Assembly (NCBI GenBank): GCA_977018835.1 | Contig: OZ361259.1 | Span: 992,001 to 1,056,000 of the forward strand | DNA: 64,000 bases | Source: Minutocellus sp. GHC0000111 | Lineage: Eukaryota | Reading direction: 5' to 3' | Shown: positions 23,755 to 35,524 of the stretch, piece after piece | Position numbering within the stretch: the first letter of the stretch is position 1 | Layout of the letters: each line of letters begins with the position of its first letter | The notes under the pieces: generated by a model | What the model saw: only the letters and a program-made list of their open reading frames with translations | Databases searched by the model: none | Told to the model about the DNA's origin: nothing | Translations under genes and position numbers: made by a program

Positions 23755-24249
23755 CCCCTGCCTTTGCCCCTCAATCTTGTCCTACAACATTCACAATCAC
23801 GTTTCTATTTATGTTATTGATATTCGTTCTTACTGATGCAAATGAGGCTACCTATTCAATCGAATTTGGTTCTAACTTTTCATTATGATAGATAGATTTA
23901 AGCTACATTTAGCGGGACGACCACCACCACCATCATGCTTCCGCAAAAAAAATCTTTGAGAATTTTTTCCGGCGGAAAGTTTCTTTCTACGTCACCCCCC
24001 CCCCCCAAAACTTTTTCCGACCTCTCCTGGCCCTCATCGGTCAAAACGTCCTGTCCCGCCATCCGTTCAGCACACCTCCGAGTCCCGGAAACAGCATCAA
24101 CGTCTGTTTGCTCGTTTGTGTCGTTCCTGACTAATCCAAATTTTTGCATGCAATTTATGCAAGAAATAGATCTAGCGAGTCTGCCCAAAATAGCCACATT
24201 GCTGGATTGATGTCTTTTTTTCTGAAACTGTGAAAGTAGATCTACTTTG

Positions 24250-24862
24250 TGAATTGATAATTACTTCCCCTGATGTCGAATCGTTCGTTCTTCTCGCCCA
24301 ATCCCAATGGATATAAGTAAACCCGATTTGCTACTTCTCTCGGATTGAATTCTTTTCCGTGTTGAAGAGCCCTGAAATTGTTCTCATTGATTTCAAATTA
24401 ATGAACGTCCATGCCTAAAGAAGCAAGATAGTATGTGTAGAAGCCCTGATTCGCGCCAATGTCAAATGCCACTCCCCGTTCATTTCCTTTCAACAATTGT
24501 TTTATCAGGAAAAAGTTGGCAATGTCTGCCATCATGTGCCATGATACTTTGCTCTTGTCGTTGAAGACAGTTCCAACATGAAAAGAGGGTTTAACCGCGT
24601 CAGGGCTAGATCCCATCTGAATGCTTTTATCCAAAAAGAATGATCCTGCCGGACGGATAAGTGGCAGTTTCTTACATGAATCGTCGACTTCTAAGAAATT
24701 CTTCTCGGACACAGATAGGTCAAAAGTAAGATTTTCGTGGACGTTTCCGCGCTGGTTTCCATTATTCAAAGTGCAGTGCCCAACAAAAGAATACAGTATG
24801 CACCATGCGCAGACTGATTGCAGGACGCAGTGCACACGCTTGTGCTTACATTGTTTTACCAT
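24250..24862 (-). pseudogene. FkbM-family methyltransferase with in-frame stop, truncated
   Basis: AFDIGANQGFY...DVH*FEINENN...YPLGLG. The frame continues past the TAA at 24398. Confidence 0.8.
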
Positions 24863-25725
24863 CTCATCTCACTCGCAATGCCTCGCAATGCTGCCCAAGA
24901 GCACCCTGATCCGCGCGTTGTCGCACCTCACCATGTTCGGCAATATTTTCCGGGTCATTGGTAATTTTGGCTCCTATCCTCACGCCGGGTGTGCCCTAGA
25001 TCTACAGGCGCAACAAAAACTTTTCAACATCCCTACTGGTGTGCTTCCCTCCTTCTTTTTGGTCATTTGCACCGACCGTGATTAAAAGTGGCCCCATCTT
25101 GCTGTTGGCTTTGGCATGACATGAGGCTGGAGATGAGGCAGCAAAACGTAAGACAAGTCAAGTTTCAGATCCAAACTATTGCTGCCAACACGACGGAGTT
25201 GGATTCCCTTTTTATGAAAGCCCCTGTACAATAAAAGTCCAAAAAAAGGTTTGTCTAGCATTTTTTGTGAAGCCTGCCAATTGCTGGTGTTCTTTCAGCA
25301 AACTACACATGGCAGCACCAATAGCAAGTAGTCATTAATCTTTCTACTAATCCTATGCTTACCGGTGACACACCTGTAGTGTTAACATAGTAGAGAGGCT
25401 CTTCTGTCGATGGCCTTTCTGGCCGGGCCCGGACTGTGCCTGACGTGTGCACCTTTTTGATGTCAGCTTGACCACAAGCCCTGCATGTGTTTATGTAACT
25501 ATCTGGCCTCATAAGGGCCTCAGGAATCTTGACATGTTGTTGTGTGCCCGACCCTCGCTTTAGCTGCTTTAGCTTTCTTTGTCGCTTGTGTCTGCATGGC
25601 CAACATGGCTTTCGGTGAGGTTTGTCCTTTTGTAACACTCCTTAACCGAATTTTCCCCTCTATGTAGCCTCAACTCTTAAATTAGAGGAGTAATTATTAT
25701 CATCATCGACAGGCTCATCACCTAC

Positions 25726-27412
25726 ATGTCAAGCTGGACCAACTCCCTGATCTGTGACAAACATGGTCGTGAACAAGTCATTATAGCCTCATCGAAAGAC
25801 AAGACCAAACATAACAGACAGATGAATATTGTGCCCCAAAGGCATAAAATAGAGACAAACAACATTTTTGCCTGGGCCGCACGATTAGCCCCGTGTTTGA
25901 TTAATGTCACGCAAAAATGTCGCTTCGATGATGTTGGCCGCTTTCTGGAAGCAAGTCAACCTAACACCAATGTCATTCACCAGCACATTCGTGCAGTCTC
26001 TTCCCACAGGCGCATGCCTCCATTAATGGCAAACAATAGAACTCATTTCATCAGAGGACTCACTTCTTTTCCAAATGATCCAAACAATTTTGATGCAACA
26101 AACTCAGTCCTAAATGATTATAATCCTACGATACTCCCTCTGTACAGGAATGGAAAAAATGGCACTAAACATACGGATTTGGACGAAACACTGTTGAGTT
26201 TACTGACTGGAAGCTATCATCCCGACTTTACAAAAGGCGAAATAGACGAGGTCCAGTATTTATCTGTTTCCCGAAGTTCGAATCATTATCCTCGATGCAT
26301 TCCAGATGGATGGATTTCGAAAAGGCGAGGATAAGGGATAGGAATGGGTGAACTATCCTGGACTGGCGCTTCTTGACAAAAATCTGCAACCGATCAAAGG
26401 AGCAGATGTCTTGATTGACATTGAAAAATATTACTTCACAGTACGCGACACAAGAGTATTTCAGGATTTTACCTTGTATGCTGGACGAACTACTGAAGAC
26501 AACCCGCAGAAAGACCAGTTGTTTCTAATTTCCAACGGTATGCTTGCCGTTCCTATAGCTATTAGACGGCTGCCGCCCTCAACTGATCTTGTAGAGCAAG
26601 GAGAAGACTGGAGGTCCAAAATAAAAGGGAGGGCTATGCGACGTCAGAGTTTACATGGTGGTGGACTTGAGGTAATAATGAGCAACGCCGAGCCCGCGGC
26701 GAACTACAAGGAATTCTTGCATAAAATTCCTTCCGTTCAAGTGTTTGCTGGCAAAAACATACATTTCTTTGAATCGAGCGACGGAAAGACATTCCTTGAA
26801 GTATGGCCACATAGTAATCACACATGTGCTGACGTGAATTTGTTCGTAGAGTCTTTTTCATCTTTTGGAGACTACACACTTCGCCATTCCCCCCTTTTTG
26901 AATCTTCTGATTTCAATCAGGGAGAAGCAGGAAAAGACATTTGGCAGCACTTCCCAGTTAAAGGTCCACCAAATCGGGGGACGGGCTGTTGTGCTGACAT
27001 AACATTATCCGATGGAAGACAAATGAAGCTTGGTATTTCACACTTTGTGGTGGCCCCTCTCACTTATCTTCACCGCTTTTATGCTTTTCTTCCGGAGGAA
27101 CCTTTTCAAGTATTGTCAATATCTAAGGCATTCTGTCTAGGACAAATGAAAGTGACTGATTTGAACGTCGAAAAGCACTGGTTATCTCGGGCTCATCACA
27201 GCTTCACTCCCCGCAGGACAAAAATTGGACGGTACCAAAATACCGGTGTATATAATTGCCCAGAACTCACTTTTGCATCTGGCATCTCAAACAAAATTGG
27301 TAATTACGACTACTTCACGGTGTCTTATGGGGTGGATGACTGTTACTCTCGGTCAATTGTAATCCATAAGGATAAGATTGAATTGATGTTGTTCCCAGCC
27401 TTTTTCAAATAA
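25726..27412 (+). pseudogene. Frameshifted protein with beta-propeller GH/GT91-like C-terminus
   Basis: Two consecutive ORFs. GKNIHFF, RGTGCC, YLHRFYAF, FASGI and SYGVDDCYS motifs. Confidence 0.5.
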
Positions 27413-28318
27413 ATAAATGGACACAATGATTGAGCTGAAAAATTTTTATTTTAAATTGTCCCTTGTCCCAAGTGAGATTAATGAATGCAACAAACTGAAA
27501 CTACCATAGTTTTGTCCCCATCTGCACACAATGGGCAGTACCTAGGTATGAGGATTGACTTCAATTATTCCTAGTTTTTGAAGGAAATGTTACAATCCAT
27601 TCTTTTAGTCTCCATCTTTTTCAGTAGCGGTTTCCATTCCTCATGGTCAATTTTGTACATTTGGACCCCACGAAACACCTGTGGCTCTGTATCCTTCAGA
27701 ATTCTCTCTCCAAGGGTCACAGGGCAGGTCGCTGGGTAACCTCTTTCTCGTAGAGTAGTTAATTCATTAAGAGCCATGACTCATTAAGAGGCAGCTCATC
27801 GACAGGGCCTCCTCCCCTAGTAACTACTAGTAATAGGGACATTGGTAACTATTAGGAGGGGTATTGGTGTCTTGTTAGTGTTTGTTAGTAGTTTTACTAG
27901 CGGCTCTTAATTGGTACTCATCAAAATTTGCTGGCAGATTCGGCCTCTTTCAGACTCTCGTTTCCTCGGGGACCGAGATCCTGATGGAGGAAGCTGAGTC
28001 CTAGGTGAAAACTTAGGTCTTGGAGTTGGTTCAATCAATCACATCCATGTCCATCTACTACATCGATCATTGCATCTAAGCTAGATCTAGAATAAGGAAC
28101 GACTAGACATTGATGCTTGAGCTGAGGTTTGGGTTTAGGCTTGCCGTACCTGACCTCTTCTTGGTGGTCATTGAAGGGGTTCGTTGATTCACAGCGTCAT
28201 CAACGTTATGGGAAGGCGGGACGATTTGGGTGGTGTTAGTGTGCCGGCCAAGCCAGCATCATTGCGACATGTCTTGGGTAAAATAGGAGAAACAACAACA
28301 ACATCAAGACACAAATGT

Positions 28319-28652
28319 TACGCTTAATAAGTTGCTGAGACTTATCGGGTAATGAATTGAGTTACTGGGCTCTGAGAGGGTGCGTTAGCGCCCTGAAGTG
28401 AATTAGAAGTTATCAGTAAGTTTGCTCATTACCCGCCATGTCTTGGTAATTTATGAAGGTGATGCTCAACTTGGGGTCATGAAAATTCTTACACCATCTT
28501 GATGCACCAAAATCGCGTAACTCGACCGGGGCCAGTAACACAGAATAATAAAACAACAATGGCTGTAATTTTCATGTCCCAAGTCCAGCATTACGCTTAA
28601 TAAGTTACCGAGACTTATCGGGTAATGAGCTGAGTTGCTGGGCGCTGAGGGT
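28319..28652. repeat. ~270-bp structured non-coding repeat (one full unit plus one partial)
   Basis: Second full copy at 29299-29547. Nested inverted repeats. Confidence 0.85.
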
Positions 28653-29298
28653 GAAGTGACCCCTTCACCTCTTCCTGCTGCTGTCGGAAAGACAGTGTCG
28701 AGCTACAAAGGTGAATTCCGGCATCGTCCGATTTCACTCGTTTTTTCAGAATCCGTAGCAAAAGAAAGAGAAAAGCAAAGAAAAAGTTTTATGTCACTTG
28801 GATTGCATTCCAGCGTTGTTGACACATTAGGGAACGAGTGGCACCTCTGCGTTGAATTTTATTGTGTTTGTTTTGTTTATTAGGAATTATTTTTACACAA
28901 ACACAAGTGCAAGAAGAGAGATTCATTGTGTGCACTTTTGTCCCAAGAGTCACCCTAAGTTATAATTTTATGTTTCAAGTCTTTCCAACTGGTTTAGATA
29001 GTGTTGAGCTACAAAGGTGAATTCCGGCATCGTCGGATTTCACTCGTAGGGGGGTAAAAATGGTGCATGTGCATATTCTTACCTTGACCTATTTGATGTG
29101 CTATGTTGCCTTTTGAGTATCGATTCAAGCAATGGTGAGGATCCTCCTGAACGCAACTGAAGGTTTGCGCCGGAATCTGCATTGTTCTTCAGTAAATGGG
29201 GCCGGGATGAAAGATATTGATAACAATTGTAGCGATAACATGTATTGTAATCGAGAATTAAATGCTCCTCCACTAACAATGTGTGACATGCAAGACAC

Positions 29299-29547
29299 GC
29301 GCTTAATAATTTACCGAGACTTATCGGGTAATGAGCTGAGTTACAGGGCGCTGAGGGTGCGTTAGCGCCCGAAGTTATCAGTAAGCTTGCTCATTACGCG
29401 CCACGTCTTGGAATTTATGAAGGTAATGCTCAACTTGGGGTCATGAAAATTCTTACACCATCTTGATGCATCAAAATCGCGTTGCTCGACCGGAGCCAGC
29501 AACACAGAATAATAAAACAATAATGGCTATAATTTTCATGTCCCAAG
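29299..29547. repeat. Second copy of structured non-coding repeat
   Basis: Aligns to 28319-28584. Confidence 0.85.
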
Positions 29548-29570
29548 CGTAAGTAACTCGCATAAAAACA

Positions 29571-32500
29571 CAGGAGTCAATCTCCTCAAGCAAGCGCTCC
29601 CAACTTTTTGGCTTCATCATCGAATTGGATGACAATGAGAAGCTCCAAGAGAAAATATGGTGGGAACATTCCTTTGCAATGCCTCTGTCCCGACTCTAAA
29701 GATTGTCTCATGAATGGATCACCAGACGTTTGATGAACATAATGGGGACATTTTGAAAGTGAAGAGAGGTCGGTTCAAAAGACTCTTAGAGCTACGTAGC
29801 ACTTGATGCCGCGGAGACGTGTGAGCATTAGTCGGCGGCCGCCATCAATCGTTCAACAACAAGTTTCCATTAAGAATGCATTAAGATTGAGGATGTAGTG
29901 CATGATGGCGCATTTTTATTGCAAAGCACAACTCTGTCGGCATTGGCGTCTTTTCGGTTTCCTCTTTGCTGCAGCGACCCTGTCTCTTTCCCCCCTCTAC
30001 AAACTGCCTCAGAATGGTGGTGCATTCCGGTAGTAGATTCCTTGGAGAAAGGTCCAAGACAGAAGCCCTGTACATCCTGCCACCTACCGGTAGGAAGGAA
30101 CCGCACACCAAGGAAGAGCTACTGACAGAAACTGCTGACACCACTATCGATGACGACCAATTCAAATCTTACACCAATAAATAAATTCAAATACCTCGGT
30201 GCAGTAGCCTTCTTGAGAAGCGAATGGACGACAAAGTTGATGTAAATGGGAGAATCAAGCAAGCCAAAGGCCAATTCCAAGCAATGAGGGAGACAATGAC
30301 GGTGTCAGGCAACAATGCGAAAATGATGGGCAAAAGATGCTACGTAGAAGCAATTGCTACCTAGCTCCTATAATCTACCAAATCTGAGTCTCCTGGGCAG
30401 CAGTGGATGCCGCTCTCTGCTCCTGAGGAATGCTATCATGGGAAACAGATAGATCCAGTAGAAGAAGAAGAATGAGGGCGGATCCAATGGGTCGATCCCA
30501 GCAAGCCGACGAGAAGTCCAACCCATGTGTTACCTCTCAAGTTTCCTTTTCTTTGCACCACTAATTTCTTTCTTCAAAGAAGCAAGTTTGGATGAAAGTT
30601 CCTTAAAAATTGACTCTAAGTCTTTGCATCTTTTCCCTGCATCTTTAATCATGACACTAGCATTGTTCTTGGCCAGATGTGCTAAGAGGTCTTAAAGCTA
30701 AGCTAGATAGACATGCGCAGCTAGTAGAGCTTAACAGGACCTACGTAGATGAAAAATGGGCCATCGCTGATGTCGTTGGACCATGCATCTGCGGTCAGGA
30801 GAGGGCACTGAGTCTGGTCAGACACCCCTGTAGTTCATTCTTCCCTCGTGTTTGAAACAACTCCCGTGAATTTTGTGCCATGCCTTTCCACTTTTTCCCA
30901 ATGAATCGCGTTTTGTTGGCAACCTGTCGATGTTCAGCTTTTACAAATGAAGAACTACCAAAATAGATCTACCCCGTAGCTACTACATAGGAAATAGCAT
31001 ACTACGCAGCAGCTACGTACGTAGCTGGAGCTAGATACGGACAAAACTTTTGAACACACCTGAGCTTTTTCCCACTTCCACGACAATTGCACAAGAAAAC
31101 TCTCCATGTGAGACTTATTGAAAATTTCAAGAGGAATCGAATGAACGTCGGACCAAAAGCGAATTCACTCGAGAAGTTGGTCAAATCGACGAAAAACTGA
31201 AGATGCGGGTGAGTTTCTGAGGCAGATTCGGCATGTTCCCGTTGAAGTGACCGATCTGCTGTCCTCACGACTGTTTTTTGTCCTCGGCCTTCGCCCGACT
31301 CCTCGTCGCTCGCTCTGCCGCATTTCACAAATTGTCGCACGCCATGCGTTGAGTCCTTCTTCGACCAATCATGTGCCAGAAGCAAGCCGCTGGCTTCCCT
31401 TCGCCCCTGTTGCTCTGCGCATGTCGCGGGCACAAACTTTGGCCATTGGCCGTCACTGCACGCCGCTCATCAGCTAGCTCAACTTACTTACACATGCACA
31501 CACTTTCATGTCGATGGAATCATTTTCGCGTCTCGGAAGGAAGAGTTCCATTGAGGCGGATGCACATGCGCCGCTTCCATTTTTTTGTTTCTTTCTCCCA
31601 AGCTGACTTCCATTTGTTTGTGCCAAGAATCGGTTTCCCAAGCGCATTGCAAACATTGCGCCACGTTTCCTTGTCCAAATGGGCAGGCTTTGCAGAAATG
31701 CAAGCTGCGAGATGTTTGCTCTGAAAAACGCTGATTTTGTCGATTGTGGCCGTTCCCGTGTTCTTTGACAGTGCCATCGACATTGCAACGAGCTTTCCAT
31801 GGACATTTCCATCCAGCCATGACTTCTTGTTCAGCTCAAATGCACCAGCAACAATGCCCAGCGGCGGACACAGGATGTCTTCAGCAAAGCCACGAACGTC
31901 TTGAAACATGTGCCAGGCATCATCCTGGTCAGTCATGGTGTCAATGTGCAGGTGAGAAGAAACAAAATGAGGCATTCTTGGTTTGCCTCCCTTCTCATCT
32001 CTGGGTGATCTACACCAGCAATGCGTCACAGTCTCTTGTTGCTTTTCCAACGAAGCGATGGTGACAGAGTCCTCCCAACGGACAATCTTAGGTGACGCAA
32101 AGCTCATGTTGGAAATCATTGATTGAAGATCACTGTCGAACTGATCTGCATGTGCTGCATTTCTTCCAGCTTCCAGGAAACACGGCCTGCTCAACTTCAT
32201 CTCATCACCTCCAAGATGGACAAGGGACTTGCATGGAACATTTCTTCCAGCTCACCCAATGAAGTTTCAAGGACAGACATTAAGCCTGCGTTTTGATGGT
32301 TGAGAGGAATGCCCCAGGAACATTTAATTCAGGCATTACGGAAACTTCCTTTTCGGTGGCAAACTCAATGAGGTGCTTCATTTCGTCCACAGAACACACA
32401 CTGCCACCTGGAACTGATGGTTTTGCTACGTAGTTTAGGACAGGAATCAAACTTCAACATGAGTGATTGATCATCAGTCAACCTGAGATGTAGCAGATTG

Positions 32501-32947
32501 AAACCAAGCTTCGCAATGAAGTCAACAACATCCTTCAAGTCTGAAATGGAAAAATGCACACGAGCAGCATCCACAAGCACCCCAGCATGTTGAACACGTC
32601 GTCGATTGTGATGCATTGGCTCCTTCATGTTGCCGATGTTGGTGTAACTGTCTTGCTACTGTTGTTCGTCTTGACATCAGAACGATTGCATGGGCAGATG
32701 TCAGAGTCGGGACATGCATCAAAGTCAAAACAATCCCAACCATGCTTGTCTTCACTTTTGCGATCTATTCCAAGCTTCTCTTCATTCATCCACATTCCGC
32801 GGTGCGGCTCCAAACATCTTGGCAAACGCTTGCTTGACTGGGATGGTGTCCTGACAGCAAGACCTTGCCCTCCAAGTGGTTGCACGAGAGTGTGTGCCAC
32901 AAGATATTGTCTGGTGACAGCCCAGCCTTTCTCATTTGATTTGTCCT
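29571..32947 (-). repeat. Inverted duplication of 53740-57126 (the hypermutated copy), containing a GT/GH20 pseudogene at 31520-32947
   Basis: Reverse-complement alignment. Endpoints CAGGAGTCAATC and ATTTGTCCT. Confidence 0.95.
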
Positions 32948-33264
32948 GTGTGTCCCGTCCAATTGGACATCCGGCGGCTGGTGTCGCCTCAAAAGGAGTG
33001 TCGTCAACTTCGTCGCCAGGGGCGTCGCACCCTGATGTGTGAAGATGTTCAAAGAGAGAAAATGAGAAAAGTTGAGAAAGTGCAAAAGGAGAAGTTTAGT
33101 AGTTCTTGGGGAATCTGCACTCACCATTGGGCCCTGGATCAAAAGTGTGGCACAGACCAAGCCTGGAATTGGGAATTTGAACGCAACACCAAAGACATGT
33201 AAAAAAGCGCAAGAAAGTGCACAATCACACACATTAGCAGCAGTTAAAAAGCATCAACAAAAAA

Positions 33265-33516
33265 TTACTTGCCAATGACCACTTCGTGGACACATGTGTC
33301 TCCCTCATTGAAAGGCACTGACGGCCCGCCATTCATGGAAGACCACAAGTTCATGACACCATCTTCAGGGTTGTTGGAAGAAGGACCAGGCAATGTGGCC
33401 CATCCCAGTGATCCTTCCACGAGTTCTGTAAAATAAACATTCAATGCAGACTCATTGCCTCGTCTGTGTAGGATCTTGACTGCGCAATCGCTTGTTTGGT
33501 TGTGTAGCTTGCACAA
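33265..33516 (-). pseudogene. Peptidase M43 (pappalysin-like) fragment
   Basis: LNVYF...LGWATLP...DGV...PFNEGDTCVHEV, broken at the HEXXH motif. Confidence 0.75.
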
Positions 33517-34476
33517 CTACGGCACTTTTATTCTACCTTTTCGTGTCTCTGTGCCTCGCACGTGGTGCACCTTGATCAACAGGTGGAGCTGTGCTCGGAC
33601 TTCCAACTCGGACGGGACATTCTTGGATGCGTGGTGGTGTGGATCGCTGCCGTGTCACATGCAGGTGCACAGAGAGGAGTTGGGGCGACGACAAGGAAAG
33701 GCCTGGTGACACACCCGTCTCATCCACGGCCCTTTTTTGTGAGTTGGTGCACAGTGGTGAGTGAACAGGTGGCGGCCGGGGCGCACCTCGGGAGCGGCCG
33801 GAAGGGACCTGCTGCTCTCATTGCACTGCGGCACCCTCATAGATGGTGCACAGTGGTAGAGTGGCCTCAATGGCATGGCCAAAGAGCAGCCCCGGAGTGG
33901 ATGGCAGTGCCGTCCGGTTGGCTTCGCCACGTGTAGTCGGACCATGCCGACAACCATGCGGCGTTGATGTTGATGGATGCGGCCATTTTATGTTGCCGGC
34001 AGGTGGCTGCCGGATGGAAGAACCATGCTAGCATGCTGATAGCGGCGCCCTTAGCTACCAAACTCTCCTACAGCTAGCGCAGTACGGCAGTGTAATAACG
34101 GAGCACTAGCATAGTTAATGGCTACTTGCTTGATTCTGGCATTTGTGTCAACTATGTCGTTCAGTTGCTTCTCAAGCAGGCTGCGGAGGCATTTGAATTC
34201 GTCGGTCCCTACATGTACGTAGGGTAAAATTGGAGAAGCAACAACAACAATTCACGTACGAACTTGTACATGTAGGGCTACTACGAAGTACATGTGACGT
34301 TGATTTGGTCGACACAATCAGGCAATGGGAAGTGGAGAAAGTAAGACGACACATGTGCTGCTTCTTCTGTTTTCGTAGTGCCTCTTAGATTAGTACCGGT
34401 AGGTAACATCTTGCTTTGGTCTCTCTCCATGGGGTATTCTTTATCTATTGCATTTTGATTTTGCCATCAAAAGGTC

Positions 34477-35524
34477 ATGGTAGAACAAAGAAGAACAAGT
34501 GCAATAGTCGCTGCTTTTATTTTTGTTTGTGTTGAATCGGTCAAGGAAGTTTGGCAATTCATTCGTTGTATGCTCAAATGTCACACTGAGCACACAGATA
34601 TCACCAAGGCGGCCAACTCGTGTCCTGTGGGGTATTTTTACTGTTACCTCTGACGTTGTCGAAGCTGAACGGCGGAAGATGTTCCGAAACCTTCTTGCCG
34701 TCGCTCAGAAAAAGACTTGTCCACTTTCAAGGGTTACTGTGGGTTGTGAAATTATTTACACCTTTGTGGTGGGTGGGAAGACCGAGGGAAGGACCTTCAT
34801 CAGACTGCCTAATGTTTCATCCTCGGACTTTTTTTTCTCAAACCAAAACCTTGAGGGAAATAATCGTTCTCTGTCGCGAGGTTTTACGGAAGACAGAAAG
34901 CATGGCGACATTACCTACCTTGACATAGTAGAGAATATGGATTTTGATAAGAGCCCGACATGGTTGGGTTATGCCTCCAGTATCATGCAGGACATGGAGA
35001 TTGATTACGTCGCGAAATTAGACACTGATACTTTACCCCTGCTTGACTTGTACTTTCGCTTTGTGAGTCAAGAACTTCCAAGTCCTGCAGGGTCCCGTCG
35101 GATTATGGCTGGAATCTTGGCCGACACTGTTACCTTCTTCAATCACATCCCTCAGCAACATTACAGAGACCGAGCACACTACATGAAACAAAAATTTGGC
35201 AGCATACCTCCTCATTACTATTTTCGAGGAGAATTTTACCTGCTTTCAAAACAACTTGCCAAAGACGCCTATGAAACTTATGTGACTAACTTCCCTGAGT
35301 TTCCAAATTGGACACGCCGACATGAAGACCAAATCGTGTCCGCCCTGGTCTTCACATCTCAAGGACCCGTGACAACAGTTTTATTGGCAAAGTCAGAGGC
35401 ATTTTGGAAGCATCCAGTTAAACTAGGTGTTGAACAGATCAGCAAATTGCTATGGCTTGAAGAACTCAGTGCCCTTGAACACCGAGTGGGAAGCAACAAC
35501 ATGGTCGAAAAGTCGCTGCGATAA
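34477..35524 (+). CDS. GT31-like galactosyltransferase; probable ATG at 34477 is out of frame (T-run frameshift)
   Basis: TFVVG, HGDITYLDIVENM..KS, DYVAKLDTD, GEFYLLS and HEDQ motifs. Confidence 0.75.

Noticed and set aside
25303..25638. MULE-like C-terminal zinc knuckle (CRACGQ)
   Set aside because: Too short and degenerate; no DDE domain nearby.
28371..28400. Hammerhead-like CTGA..stem..GAA
   Set aside because: Lacks the CUGANGA and GAAA core in all copies.
29571..32947. Classical RIP or 5mC deamination acting on the 53740-57126 copy
   Set aside because: That would require the TA-rich copy to be the derived one, but it carries the conserved GH20 residues.
29571..32947. Single-pass ADAR-type RNA editing of a retrocopy
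   Set aside because: A->G and T->C co-occur on the same copy, so both strands were hit.
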